Below, in pieces: positions 1 to 10,500 of a stretch of 36,876 nt of DNA. The position numbers and the translations under genes were made by a program. Under the pieces are notes generated by a model. The model was given only the letters and a program-made list of their open reading frames with translations, was not told where the DNA came from and did no database searches. The number at the start of each line of letters is the position of its first letter. The stretch's first letter is position 1. The stretch comes from a virus (lineage: Duplodnaviria; Caudoviricetes): IMG/VR virus record IMGVR_UViG_3300049782_000077, positions 1-36,876 of that record, one strand, 5' to 3'.

Positions 1-1
1 C

Positions 2-721
2 GTCGAGGGCCTGACCAGGACCATCCTGTTCGACCGCACCACGCCGGACTCGACCTACTGTCGCTTCTACTTCAACCAGATCGCCGAAAGCAGCGACGGG
101 TGGATGTCGAAGGCCGAGTGGGACGCCTGCCTCGACCGGGACGACCCGATCCGGCCCGGCGACCAGATTGCCATCGGCTTCGACGGCAGCATCCGCGGAG
201 ACGCCACGGGCCTGGTCGGCATCCGCCTGCGGGACGCCAAGCTGTTCGTCCTGGGGCTGTGGGAACGGCCCGAGCACGCGCCGGACGACTGGGAAGTGGA
301 TGTCCTCGCGGTCGAGGCGGCTGTGCGGAGGGCCTTCTCCACCTACCGGGTGGAGTGGATGTACGCCGACCCGCCGTACTGGCAGGAGAACATCGGCCGC
401 TGGTCGGTGGAGCACGGCGACGACTTCGTGTTCGAGTTCTGGACCAACAAGCCGACCCGTATGACACAAGCCGTCGAGAGATTCCGGACAGCCAGCATGG
501 TCGGCGACCTCAAGCACGACGGACATCCGGACCTGACGCGCCACGTGCTCAACGCCGTCACGCGCGAAGTTCCACAGGGCCTCCTGATCACCAAGGACAG
601 CCCACGTTCACGACGCAAGATCGACCTCGCCATCTGCGCCGTGCTCGCGCTCGAAGCGCGCGCTGACGCCATCGCTGACGGACGACTTCAGACGAAAAGA
701 AGGCGCGTAGTCGGGTTCTGA
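2..721 (+). CDS. terL: Terminase large subunit, C-terminal nuclease domain (5'-partial)
   Basis: Frame is open from the window edge. RFYFNQ, IGFDGS..GDATGLV, ADPPYW and KIDLAIC motifs are typical of actinophage TerL; lies directly upstream of the portal. Confidence 0.92.
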   Translation, partial: VEGLTRTILFDRTTPDSTYCRFYFNQIAESSDGWMSKAEWDACLDRDDPIRPGDQIAIGFDGSIRGDATGLVGIRLRDAKLFVLGLWERPEHAPDDWEVDVLAVEAAVRRAFSTYRVEWMYADPPYWQENIGRWSVEHGDDFVFEFWTNKPTRMTQAVERFRTASMVGDLKHDGHPDLTRHVLNAVTREVPQGLLITKDSPRSRRKIDLAICAVLALEARADAIADGRLQTKRRRVVGF

Positions 722-748
722 GCAAGACCCCGAGAAACCGGGGGACAC

Positions 749-2221
749 TTGAACTCATTGCCAACACCGGCCGGCGTCGCTCAGCATCTCGCTTCCCCGC
801 CGTCCAGCCCCGTCGACTGGATGCAGTACCTCTACTCCAAGCTCATGCGGCAGCGTGCGAGGTATCAGCGGTACCGCGACTACTACGAGGGCCGGCACCA
901 GAAGCTCGTCTTCTCCCAGGCCCGCTACCACAGCGAGTTCGGCCACCTCTTCGCCGCCTGGTCCGACAACTTCTCCGGGCTGATCATCGATTCCGTCAAC
1001 GAGCGGATGGCGATCGACGGCTTCCGCATGGCGGAGGACGACCAGGCCGCCGACAAGGACGCCCGGCAGATCTGGCAACGGAACTTCATGGACGCCGAGG
1101 CGTCCACCGGCAATCTCGAAGCGCTGATCAACGGCGTGGCCTACGCCGTGGTGTGGGCCAACGCCGCGGGCGAGCCGACCATCACCGTCGAGTCACCCAC
1201 GGAAGTCGTCGTCCAGTACCGCCCTGGCTCCCGCAGGGAGCTGGAAGCCGGGGCGAAGTTCTACACCGACGACTGGGGCCGCGAGTACGGCACGCTGTGG
1301 CTGCCCGGCCGGGTGTTCACCTTCACCTTCGACGGCCTGCGGCCCCAGCTCGGGCAAGGCCGGCGGAACCCGCTCGGCCAGGTGCCGGTCGTCCCACTGA
1401 CCAACCGCACGGCCCTGGTGGGCCACCCGGTCTCCGACCTGGCGCCGGTCATCCCGCTCCAGGACGCCATCAACAAGGTCACCAGCGACGCGCTGGTGGC
1501 CAGTGAGTTTGCGGCCTGGCCGCAGCGATACGTCACCGGCCTGGAGATCCAGGAAGACGACGACGGCCGGCCGATCGAGCCGTTCCGGGTGGCGATCGAC
1601 AAGCTTCTTCAGGCCGAGGACCCGCAGGCCAAGTTCGGGCAGTTCGAGGCCGCCGACCTGGGCAACTACGTAGTCCTGGTGGACATGCTCGTCCAGCACC
1701 TCGCGAGCATCACCCGCATCCCCTTCCACTACATGCTGGCCAACAAGGGCCAGGCCCCCTCCGGTGAGTCCGTCGCCTCCGCAGAGGCCGGCCTGATCGC
1801 CAAGGCGCGCGAGCGGATGCTGTACCTCGGCGAGTGCTGGGAGCGGGTCATGCGTCTGGCCTTCAAGGTGAAGAAGGACACCGCGCGGGCCGAGGCATGG
1901 AGCGCCGAAGTCATCTGGCGCGACCCGGAGAACCGTACCGAGGCACAGCACATGGACGCGCTGATGAAGCGCCAGCAGCTCGGCGTTCCCCGGGACCAGC
2001 TTCTCTCGGACGCGGGATACACCCCGCAGCAGATCGAACGATTCCGCGAAATGCGGATTCAGGACGCCAAGGACGCGGCCGAGATCCAGAAACACATGCC
2101 GCAGCAGCAGATCCCCGCCCCCGGCCCGGACCCGCAGAAGGCCCGATCGATGGCCAGCAAGCCGCCGCAGGGCAACGCCGGTAATCAGGCCCGGAAGCAG
2201 AACGAGATACCCAAGCGCTGA
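749..2221 (+). CDS. Portal protein (SPP1 gp6-like)
   Basis: 490 aa; YYEGRH, NPLGQVPVVPL and AAWPQRYVTG motifs; position after TerL. Confidence 0.92.
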   Translation: MNSLPTPAGVAQHLASPPSSPVDWMQYLYSKLMRQRARYQRYRDYYEGRHQKLVFSQARYHSEFGHLFAAWSDNFSGLIIDSVNERMAIDGFRMAEDDQAADKDARQIWQRNFMDAEASTGNLEALINGVAYAVVWANAAGEPTITVESPTEVVVQYRPGSRRELEAGAKFYTDDWGREYGTLWLPGRVFTFTFDGLRPQLGQGRRNPLGQVPVVPLTNRTALVGHPVSDLAPVIPLQDAINKVTSDALVASEFAAWPQRYVTGLEIQEDDDGRPIEPFRVAIDKLLQAEDPQAKFGQFEAADLGNYVVLVDMLVQHLASITRIPFHYMLANKGQAPSGESVASAEAGLIAKARERMLYLGECWERVMRLAFKVKKDTARAEAWSAEVIWRDPENRTEAQHMDALMKRQQLGVPRDQLLSDAGYTPQQIERFREMRIQDAKDAAEIQKHMPQQQIPAPGPDPQKARSMASKPPQGNAGNQARKQNEIPKR

Positions 2222-2238
2222 CCAGCGCTTATCTGATG

Positions 2239-2266
2239 GCCCCGCCGAAACGGCAGGGGCTTTTTT
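2239..2266 (+). terminator. Intrinsic terminator-like hairpin with T6 tail
   Basis: GCCCCGCCG-AAA-CGGC(A)GGGGC-TTTTTT between portal and scaffold. Confidence 0.7.
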
Positions 2267-2294
2267 CACGCCCAGCCGAAATGGATGGAATCCC

Positions 2295-2858
2295 ATGGAC
2301 CAGACCATGGAGAACACAACCGTCACCACCGAGGAGACCGAGGCCGGCGAAAGGCCCAGCCCGGACCTGGCGGCCGAGGTCGCGAAGTGGAAGGCGCTCT
2401 CCCGGACCAACGAGGCCCGGTGGAAGGACGCCAGCAGAGAGCTTGACCAGCTCCGCCAAGCCCAGATGAGCGAGGCGGACAGGGCCCTTGAGCAGGCCCG
2501 CCACGAAACCCGCACCGCCACGCTGGCCGAGGTCGGCGGGCGCCTGGCCGCCGCTGAGCTGCGCGCCCAGGCAGCAACGGCCGGCGTCGAGCTGCCGCCC
2601 GCGGACTACCTCAACCTCGGCGCGTTCATCGGTGACGACGGCTCGCCCAATGCCGACGCCATCGCCTCTTTCGTCTCGTCCCTCCCCAAGCCCGCCGGCG
2701 AGCCGGAATTCCCCCAGGGCATCGGCTTGGGCCGCCAGGGCGGCACGTCCAACCCCCATCAGCTCACGCGTGAGGACTACCTCCGACTGTCCCGCGAGGA
2801 CCGCATCAAGGCCCGCAAGGACGGACGTATAGACGCGCTGATGCGGGGAGAACTCTAA
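2295..2858 (+). CDS. Capsid scaffolding protein
   Basis: Acidic N-terminus, KWKALSR..E coiled-coil, position between portal and capsid. Confidence 0.85.
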   Translation: MDQTMENTTVTTEETEAGERPSPDLAAEVAKWKALSRTNEARWKDASRELDQLRQAQMSEADRALEQARHETRTATLAEVGGRLAAAELRAQAATAGVELPPADYLNLGAFIGDDGSPNADAIASFVSSLPKPAGEPEFPQGIGLGRQGGTSNPHQLTREDYLRLSREDRIKARKDGRIDALMRGEL

Positions 2859-2875
2859 TCCCCGCGAGGTAACAC

Positions 2876-3994
2876 TTGGCAGTTGAGAACCCGGCCGTCC
2901 AGGGCTGGTACACCCAGACCGGCGACAAGATAAACACCGGCGTCGCAGAGACGTTCATTCCCGAGATCTGGACGGATCAACTCCTTGATGACCTTGAGGA
3001 CGAACTGATCCTTGGATCGGCCACGATCACCAACCGCGCCTATGACGGCGTGTTCCGCCGTGAGGGCGATGTCGTTCGCATTCCGCACTTCATCGACACC
3101 GTGGAGGACAAGGGATTCGTCGGTGCCTACGGCACCATCGGCGACGCCGACCGGGCGGCTCTTGAGTACATCAAGATGACCGTCAACAAGGGCTCCAGCT
3201 TCCACCTGGAGATCGACGCGCTTCACCAGCTCCAGACGAAGGCCGGCATCGACCTGATGACCGCCCTCGTCCGGCAGCGCGCCCGTGCCCTGGCCGTATC
3301 CATCGACCGCATGCTGGCGAAGACGATCCTCGCCGCCGTCGCGGGCAAGGACGCCAACGGTCTGCGGGACATCCCTGACACCTACACCAGCCTCCCGGAC
3401 CTGCACGGCAAGATCGATGAGATCACCGACACCGACGAGACCTTCAATCCTGTTGCTTTCATCGGTGTCTACGACGTCGTCGTCGCCATGTTGGAGAACC
3501 TGGATCTGAAGAACGCTCCGGACTCCAGGTTCCTCTTCATCTCCCCCAAGCTGCGCTCGGCGCTGCTGCGGGACGAGAAGTTCATCGACGCCAGCCACTT
3601 CGGCGGCGGCGCGGTCATGCCCTCCGGGGTCATCGGCACCATCCTCGGCATCCCCGTCCGCGTCTCCAACACCCTTGGTTCCCACACACGGCCAGCGGCC
3701 GGCGGGCCCCGGGGCAACAAGGGCAAGCTCCTGCGAGGCTCGCACGACGCGTTCAAGTCGGTGGACATGTTCATGGGCTCCACTCAGGCCACGTCCCTGG
3801 TCATCCCGCACGCCGAGATGGCCGCGTACAAGCCGCAGGAGTCCTTCACCGACGCCATCAAGAGCCGGGTCATCTACGACGCGAAGGTCATCCGGCCCGA
3901 ACAGCTCGTCGTCGCTCAGGGCGTCGAGACCATGATCGCCACGCACAACCAGACGGCGGAGGAACTAAGGAAGGGCGCTTCCGTTGCGACTTGA
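2876..3994 (+). CDS. Major capsid protein
   Basis: 372 aa; FIPEIW, GDVVRIP and YDAKVIRPE motifs; RBS GAGG before a TTG start. Confidence 0.9.
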   Translation: MAVENPAVQGWYTQTGDKINTGVAETFIPEIWTDQLLDDLEDELILGSATITNRAYDGVFRREGDVVRIPHFIDTVEDKGFVGAYGTIGDADRAALEYIKMTVNKGSSFHLEIDALHQLQTKAGIDLMTALVRQRARALAVSIDRMLAKTILAAVAGKDANGLRDIPDTYTSLPDLHGKIDEITDTDETFNPVAFIGVYDVVVAMLENLDLKNAPDSRFLFISPKLRSALLRDEKFIDASHFGGGAVMPSGVIGTILGIPVRVSNTLGSHTRPAAGGPRGNKGKLLRGSHDAFKSVDMFMGSTQATSLVIPHAEMAAYKPQESFTDAIKSRVIYDAKVIRPEQLVVAQGVETMIATHNQTAEELRKGASVAT

Positions 3995-4535
3995 TGATGT
4001 GGCCGCTCGTCTGGGGCGGCCCATCACCGAGGACGAGCGGCCGAAGGTCGAAGCCTTCCTGATCGACGCCGCCGGCCTGGTCGAAGACTTCTGCCGCCGG
4101 GACTTCGACCACCACCAGGGCGAGACGTTCAGCCTGTCGGCCACGTGCTCACAGGAGTTGCCCATCCCGGCCCGCTATTCTCCCGGCCTCACCGTCACGT
4201 CCGTCTCCTTCGACGGTGGGGAGGCCCTGACCGACTGGTCCCTAGTCGGCAGGTCCCTGTGGCGGGAGGCAGGGTGGCATCACGGCCGGGTTGTGACCAT
4301 CACGGGGACGTGGGGCTACCCCACTCCGCCGCCAGCTGTCGTCGCCGTGGTGTGCGGCGAGGTCATCCGATGGCTTGCTCTCTCACCTGGCATCGCCGCC
4401 GAACGGGTCGGCGAGGTCGAGGTGACCTACGGCTCGCCCTTGACCGGCCAGTTCCTCTCCCCGGCCGCGCGTACCACGCTGTCGCGGTTCCGCAGGCAGC
4501 TCGCCTCGGTCAGCTTCGTCAGGACGGAGGGCTGA
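3984..4535 (+). CDS. Head-to-tail adaptor
   Basis: LDDVAARLGRP N-terminus, TWGY..PP, ERVGEVEVTY; follows the capsid gene. Confidence 0.8.
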   Translation: MRLDDVAARLGRPITEDERPKVEAFLIDAAGLVEDFCRRDFDHHQGETFSLSATCSQELPIPARYSPGLTVTSVSFDGGEALTDWSLVGRSLWREAGWHHGRVVTITGTWGYPTPPPAVVAVVCGEVIRWLALSPGIAAERVGEVEVTYGSPLTGQFLSPAARTTLSRFRRQLASVSFVRTEG

Positions 4536-4858
4536 TGCTGCCCACTGAGCCGGTCGAAGTTCACCGGGCCCCGCTGGTCTCCTCCGCCTACACGGCTCGC
4601 CGGGACTGGGGGAACGCCGAGCTGGTGTGGTCCGGCCGCGCCATGGTCCAGCCGGACCGTGCGTTCTGGCCGCGCTCCCCGGAGCGCGAGACGACACAGG
4701 ACCGCCTCAACGTCTACCTCCCACTCGGTGCGGCCGTGGAGTCCGCGGACCGGTTGTTCGTCCTGGGTGAGTGGTGGGAGGTCGAGGGCGAACCTCAGCG
4801 CTGGCCGCACGGCGCTGTAGCCCACACGCGCATCAAGGTCTGGAAGGTGAGGCGTTGA
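4535..4858 (+). CDS. Head-to-tail stopper / head closure protein
   Basis: TGATG overlap start at 4535; DRLFVLGEWWEVEGEPQRW motif. Confidence 0.8.
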   Translation: MLPTEPVEVHRAPLVSSAYTARRDWGNAELVWSGRAMVQPDRAFWPRSPERETTQDRLNVYLPLGAAVESADRLFVLGEWWEVEGEPQRWPHGAVAHTRIKVWKVRR

Positions 4859-5199
4859 TGCCGAAGTCCGGTTTCTCCTTCCGACGCGGCTGGGAGGACC
4901 AGGCCCTCGCCACCACCGGCACACGCGAGCTGGTGCAGGCCGCAGTCGACCGCATCGCCCGCCTGGCGATCCAAGCGGCCCCGCGGACATCGAAGCGGAA
5001 CTGGAACAAGATCCGCCGGAACATCACCACCGCCACGTCGAGGGACGCCCGCGGTTGGATCGGCAACGTCGTCATCGAGGCACACCCGAAAGTACGTCAC
5101 GCCATGCTCCAAGAGCGGGGCTGGCGAGACCCGAGGGGCCGTCGCCACCCCGGCCGCCGATATCTGAAGCTGGCCCTCGAACGTGCGAGGCGTCCGTGA
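4858..5199 (+). CDS. HK97 gp10-like neck protein
   Basis: TGATG-coupled start; basic protein with HAMLQERG and PGRRYLKLAL; synteny. Confidence 0.7.
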   Translation: MPKSGFSFRRGWEDQALATTGTRELVQAAVDRIARLAIQAAPRTSKRNWNKIRRNITTATSRDARGWIGNVVIEAHPKVRHAMLQERGWRDPRGRRHPGRRYLKLALERARRP

Positions 5200-5582
5200 G
5201 CGCCGATCCGGTGGCCCTCCTGGTCGAGTTTCTTCGAGCGGGACTACCCGACCTGCCGGCCGAAGCCGTCACGGGCGACCTGGTGAGCCGCGAAGCTGGC
5301 GAGGTCACCGTTCACCTCGCCCACAGCGGCGGCTTCCGCCTCGTTCGAGACCGGATGGACCGCTGGGACGTCGAGTACGACGTCTACCACCCACACCGGG
5401 ACCAAGCTATCGCCCTGGCCCTGGCCTGCCGGGACCAGCTGCTCGAAGCCCTACCGGGAAGGGTGGTCGGCGGCGTCGAGGTGCTCGACGTCGAGGAGAT
5501 CTCCTCGCCCGTGTACCTGCCGGACACAACCTCCCGTGAGCACGTCTACGGCGGCGAAGTCAGCCTCTTCCTCGTCTCCTGA
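5196..5582 (+). CDS. Tail terminator / completion protein
   Basis: GTGA overlap; immediately precedes the major tail gene. Confidence 0.72.
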   Translation: MSADPVALLVEFLRAGLPDLPAEAVTGDLVSREAGEVTVHLAHSGGFRLVRDRMDRWDVEYDVYHPHRDQAIALALACRDQLLEALPGRVVGGVEVLDVEEISSPVYLPDTTSREHVYGGEVSLFLVS

Positions 5583-5597
5583 TCTCACTCTCCCGCA

Positions 5598-5636
5598 GCC
5601 GCCTGAGCGCTCCGCGCCGGGCGGCCTTCTCATGCC
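5598..5636 (+). terminator. Terminator-like hairpin before the major tail gene
   Basis: GCCGCCTG..GCGC-TCC-GCGC-CGGGCGGC followed by CTTCTCATGCC. Confidence 0.5.
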
Positions 5637-5648
5637 CCGAGGAGCCTC

Positions 5649-6266
5649 ATGGCCAACGACGCCGGCAAGATTCGCTTCGCCCCCAATGGAGGGCTCTACC
5701 TCGCACCGGCGCCGACCGGTGAGACCGGCGGCACGACCCTTCCGGTGGATGTCGGCGACGGTACAACCGCTCCCACGGGATACAAGGCGCTTGGCTACAT
5801 AGACGAGTCCGGCGTGACCATTACCCCGAGCATCGAGACAAACCCGGTGCCTGTCTGGCAGTCGGCAGTCCCCGTCCTCTACAACGTCCAGTCGGCAGCC
5901 TTCCAGATCAAGGCCACGCTGATGGAGACGAACCAGCTCACCACCGAACTCTTCTTCGGTGCGGAGTGGAAGGAAGTCCTAGGTGCGGACAGCACCCCGA
6001 CCGGCATCTACCGACTCGACCTTTCCTCGACCCCCGAGCTGCGTGAGTTCAGCCTCGTCGTGGACTGGTCACAGAAGGGCGTCAAGAGTCGCTGTGTCAT
6101 CGCACGGGCCATGATTTCCGACCGCGGAGCCATTCAGCTCCAGCGGCAAGAGAACGCCAAGTTCGAGCTGACGATTGATGCCCTCGACCACCAGGGCGGT
6201 CTCGGCTACGTCCTCACCGACGACGACATCCTCACTCCGAGCCCTGCCGGCACACTCATCTCTTAG
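5649..6266 (+). CDS. Major tail (tube) protein
   Basis: LYLAP, LGYIDESGVTI and VWQS motifs; RBS GAGGAG. Confidence 0.88.
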   Translation: MANDAGKIRFAPNGGLYLAPAPTGETGGTTLPVDVGDGTTAPTGYKALGYIDESGVTITPSIETNPVPVWQSAVPVLYNVQSAAFQIKATLMETNQLTTELFFGAEWKEVLGADSTPTGIYRLDLSSTPELREFSLVVDWSQKGVKSRCVIARAMISDRGAIQLQRQENAKFELTIDALDHQGGLGYVLTDDDILTPSPAGTLIS

Positions 6267-6314
6267 AACGAACGCCCAGCTGCAAAGGGGCATCAGTGTG
6301 GACCCTTTACGCCC

Positions 6315-6536
6315 TCACGAGAGCGCCTTCTTTTCTGCCCCTCCGGCAGACGCCGCCCCTCTGGTCCACGCTGCCAGTTCCCTGACCATCTCGATGGCGG
6401 AAGCGCGGCGTTCGGCTCCGAGGAATAGCCATACCAGCCAGCCAGGGGCAGACAGGACCACGATCGCCAGCACGGGGACTGCACGGCAGACGAGTCCAAC
6501 CGCGCCTGCCGCACGGGCCATGAAGTCGCCCAACAC
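6315..6536 (-). CDS. Small membrane protein (moron inside the tail operon)
   Basis: RBS GGAGG before GTG; hydrophobic segment VPVLAIVVLSAPGWLVWLFL; opposite strand to its neighbours. Confidence 0.6.
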   Translation of the reverse strand: MLGDFMARAAGAVGLVCRAVPVLAIVVLSAPGWLVWLFLGAERRASAIEMVRELAAWTRGAASAGGAEKKALS

Positions 6537-6832
6537 CTGCCCTCCAAGAACGTTGCGGAACGAAGTTTCGCGCTACAGACCGCCACGATACCCGCGCCCC
6601 AACCTTTGATCCGAAGGATGTCGCGGAGAACCTTGTCAATATCACGCTGGTTAAGTCTCATCAGACTTAGGAATCGAAGGCGAAGGGCGCGCCTGACACC
6701 CATGGCCGCCTGCCCCTGTCGACACCACCCACTGCATCCAAGGCGAGACGTCATCATGTGACATGCGTCACTCAGAGTGGCGGGGTACAGCGCCTTCGCC
6801 AGCGTCTCCCCGCCTTCCAGTAAGGAGTTTGT

Positions 6833-7123
6833 ATGACCGCAGCCCGGCACACACGGCCGTCACAGGCGGCGGTGCGCGGCAAGGAAGCCAATACGGAGGT
6901 CTCCGCCAGTTTCGAGCACCGCGGTGCCACGTACACCGTCCCGCACCCTCTGGACATGCCGGTCGCGGTCTTGGAGGCCGAGGACGAGCTTGAGGCGGTT
7001 CGTCTCATCGTCGGACCGGAGCAGTGGCGACGCTACAAGGAATCGGGCGCGACCATCCGGGACTTCAAGGAGTTCGCGGACAAGGTGGCGCAGGCTCAGG
7101 GGCATGCTGACGCGGGAAACTGA
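6833..7123 (+). CDS. Tail assembly chaperone (gpG-like)
   Basis: RBS TAAGGAG; ends in GCG GGA AAC TGA; upstream of the TMP. Confidence 0.85.
   Translation: MTAARHTRPSQAAVRGKEANTEVSASFEHRGATYTVPHPLDMPVAVLEAEDELEAVRLIVGPEQWRRYKESGATIRDFKEFADKVAQAQGHADAGN
7114..7120 (+). other. -1 programmed ribosomal frameshift slippery site G GGA AAC
   Basis: XXXYYYZ heptamer in the correct phase; the -1 frame reads AAA CTG ATG into the 7123-7527 ORF. Confidence 0.85.
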
Positions 7124-7527
7124 TGTGGACCGTCCGTGTCGTCCGGGACTTCGGAGATGAACTCGAAGCGGACCTGCTGGAGTTCTTCCGGGTGGATCTC
7201 CTGGACCTGTGGCGCGGACGGCTCTCTCTTCGGCGGGTAAGTGTCCTGGTCCGCTCCCTCGCGCACAAGCCCGGCCGGTCCACGTGGCTGGCCACTGTGG
7301 ATGAGTCGGCAGCCTGGTCGGTCCACGACTACCTGCTCGCCCGCGTCTCCGATGCCCTTGGGCTTTCGAACTTCCTGTTCATCAAGGCCAACTCGGAGGA
7401 CTCCGGCGGGCTGGAGATCCCGCAGGCCATTCCCCGTCCCGGCACGGCAGAGCCGGAGCAGACTGCCCCGGAGTTCGCTGACGGCCGCGAGGTCGCCGAC
7501 TGGTTCGCGCGAATGAATCAAATGTAG
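7123..7527 (+). CDS. Tail assembly chaperone extension (gpT-like)
   Basis: ELEADLLEFFRVDLLDLW and IPRPG motifs; in the -1 frame of gpG. Confidence 0.85.
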   Translation: MWTVRVVRDFGDELEADLLEFFRVDLLDLWRGRLSLRRVSVLVRSLAHKPGRSTWLATVDESAAWSVHDYLLARVSDALGLSNFLFIKANSEDSGGLEIPQAIPRPGTAEPEQTAPEFADGREVADWFARMNQM

Positions 7528-7538
7528 GAGGTCGCCGC

Positions 7539-10500
7539 GTGGCCGTTGGCAGTGGCGCTATCAAGGTGGGCTCGGGCTACATCGAGGTCGAGCCGCGGCT
7601 CTCCCGCGAGGCCATGCGGGCGATGCGCGCCGACCTGCTCAAGCAGATGGGCGCCATCGGCACGGCGGCCGGTCGGGAGTTCTCCCGCGCCGCCGGCCGT
7701 GGTATATCCAACCTCTCCCGGGTGGCTGCGACAGAGGCGACCCGGGCCGGCCGTGCCATCCGCCAGGGTGCGGCCGACACCGAGGCGGCCCTTCGCCGCA
7801 TCGAGCGGGACCTCACCCGGGAGTATGGGGACCAGGCCGCCCAGCGGTTCCGGACCTTCCGCGAGCGGGAGCTTCAGCGGCGCCAGCTTGTCGAGGGGAC
7901 CTCCCAGGCGACGCGTACGGCGCTGCGCCGTGCCGCGCAGGCTGAGGAGGCGGAGGGCCGCGCGGCGGTGCGCCGTACGCAGAGCGTTGAGCGGGAGCGG
8001 CAGCGGCTCATCCGGGAGCGGGAGCGCGAGGCGACCCGCGCCGAGTGGGACCAGGCTCGCGCCCAGGGTCAGGCGCAGCGGCAGATGCGCGAGGAGATCG
8101 CGCGGACCATGCGCGCCGCCCAGCAGGCGCGGCGCACGGACCTTCAGAACCAGATCCGCTCCTCCACCGATCATGCCGCCGCGCTGCGGCAGCAGCTCGA
8201 CGGCTACGCCGCCCAGGTGCGGCGCCTGGAAGGTGACACCACCAGCTCGCTCGGCCGGGTGCAGGCCGCGTGGAGCCGCCAGTCACTTCACATCGAACGT
8301 CTGGGCACCACGGCGGTGGAGGCCGGCAACCTCATCACCCGCAATCTCGTCGGGCCGCTGGGCGCCGTCTCCGCCGCGCTGACGGCGATCGGTGTCGCCT
8401 CTGCGGACTCTCTGATCCTGGGGCAGTTGGGCCTGATGGGTGCCGGCGTGTCCGCGCAGGACTCGGCCGGGGCCCTTGAGCGGATTCGCCAGTACGGTGT
8501 CGAGACGCCGTACTCGATCGAGGCGATGCAGTCGTACATGGCCCGGTACATCCGCGGCATCATCAGCCACGACCCGGGCTACCGGTCGGAGGACCCGGCT
8601 GAGCGGGAGGCGGCCGGCCAGCGCGCGGCGAACCGGGCCGTCGACATCGTGCAGATGGTCGGCGACAACGCCGCCAGGTCGGGAAACCTGGACCCGGCGA
8701 TGGTCGAGCGGGCGATGTACGCGATCGACATGATCCTGGACATGGACCGGGTGCCCACCCGGAACTTGCGCCAGTTCGTCAACGCGAGTGGTATCCCGGT
8801 GCAGGAGCTTGCTCTCCTGCTGGGCTACCGGGACTCCGAGGACAACGCGGCCTCGGCCCAGATGCTCGAAGACATGGCCAACGCCGGCCAGACCGGCGGC
8901 GTGCAGGGCCAGGCGTTCATCGACGCGCTGCTGGAGGACTGGGCCGGGCCGGACGGCGCCCGGGGGTTCGCCAGCCGCGTGGGGTCCGCGACGATCGGCG
9001 GTCGGCTCCAGCAGATGCGGGAGGCGGCCCAGGTCCGTCTGGGCGAGATGTTCGCCCGGCAGAACCCCGAGACGGGTCTGTACGAGTACACCGGTCTCGG
9101 CGAGGCCATCATGGGCCGGCGGGTCGAGGGCGAGGACGGGCAGGTCACCTACGAGGGCGGTCTGCTGAACGAGGTCGGCGAGATCGGCCGGATGGCTCTT
9201 CCGCACGCTCAAGCGCTCCTTGAGGAGTTCTTCGAGGTGCTGGGCACGTTCACGGGCTGGCTGAGGTCAACTGCGGAGTTCCTACAGGCGCACCCCGGGC
9301 TTCGTGACGCCGTGCTGCAAGCAGCGAAGATCGCGGCCCTGGCGGTTCCCTTCCTCGTCGGCTTCGGCCTGCTGACCAAGACCTTCGGAAAGTTCAACCG
9401 CCTGCTCAGCGCCGCGCTCACTCCTCTGTCCGGGCTGATATCCGGGGTACGCGGGGCGAGTCGATTCACGCGGCAGGTCGCTGCCGGCGTGCAGAACCGC
9501 CGCGACGGCGGCTCGTTTCGAGATGGCTACCGCAACCGTCGTACCGAGCTGCGCGGCGGGGACGACCGCGGACCCGTCCGGCGAGGGCTCGACGGCTTCA
9601 CCGGCCGGAACAGCCAGGTGGACCGCATCCAAGCCCAGATGCGGGATCTTGAACGCCAGATCCAGGAAGCCGACGAACGCAGCGAGGAGCTGCGCCGCAC
9701 GTTGCGGGAGGTCAACGACACCAACCTTCGCGACCTGGTGAATCAGCTCGCCGGGTCCTCCAGCACCAGCGTGCAGGGGTCGGCCAGCCAGGCGCAGACT
9801 TCGGTGAGGCAGATCGCCACCCAGGGCCTCGATGTCGTGAACCGAACCCGGCTGTCCCAGGTCGAGGGCGAGCTGGAACAGGTCCGAGAGAAGGCGGATG
9901 CGGTCGCCCGGAGCGTGAAGGCGGCCGGCGACCAGGTCAAGGGCCTCAACGATCGACGGTTGGGCTCGCTGCGCTCGCAGCAGCTCGACACCACCGAGCG
10001 GCGGGCCCGCGCGCTGGAACGCGCCGTCCGGGATGTCGACGGCCAGGTGCGGCAGCTCGACGGCCGCAGGCTCGCGGGGCTGAGGAATGAATTCATTCAG
10101 CTGTCCCCCAAGGTCAGCGACGCCCGGTCGAAGATCGCGGAAACCTCGACCGCGGTGTCCAACCTCAACCGCCGGTCACTCTCCAGCGTCCGGGGGCAGT
10201 TCAACAACCTGCACACCTCGGTCACCAACGTCTACAACAAGGTCGGCACCGCCAGCGGCAGCGGTTCGCTGTCGAGCCGGATCACCAACCTCAACAGCCG
10301 GAAGCTCGGCAGCATCCGCAGCGAGGTCGACCGGCTCAAGGACGCCCTGGACGCGGCCGACCGCAAAGCGGACAACCTGGATTCCGCGATCGACCGAGTG
10401 AACTCCTCGACCGGCGCAGGCGGGTCCGGCGACAGCAGCAACCGCCGCCGGTACGCCGCCGGCGGCGTCCTGCCGGGTTACGCGCCCGGCGTCGATTCCA

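Noticed and set aside
1193-3946. Long antisense ORFs (442 aa and 363 aa) opposite the portal and capsid genes, and many similar shadow ORFs elsewhere
   Set aside because: Expected stop-poor mirror frames of high-GC3 genes; no RBS or recognisable motifs.
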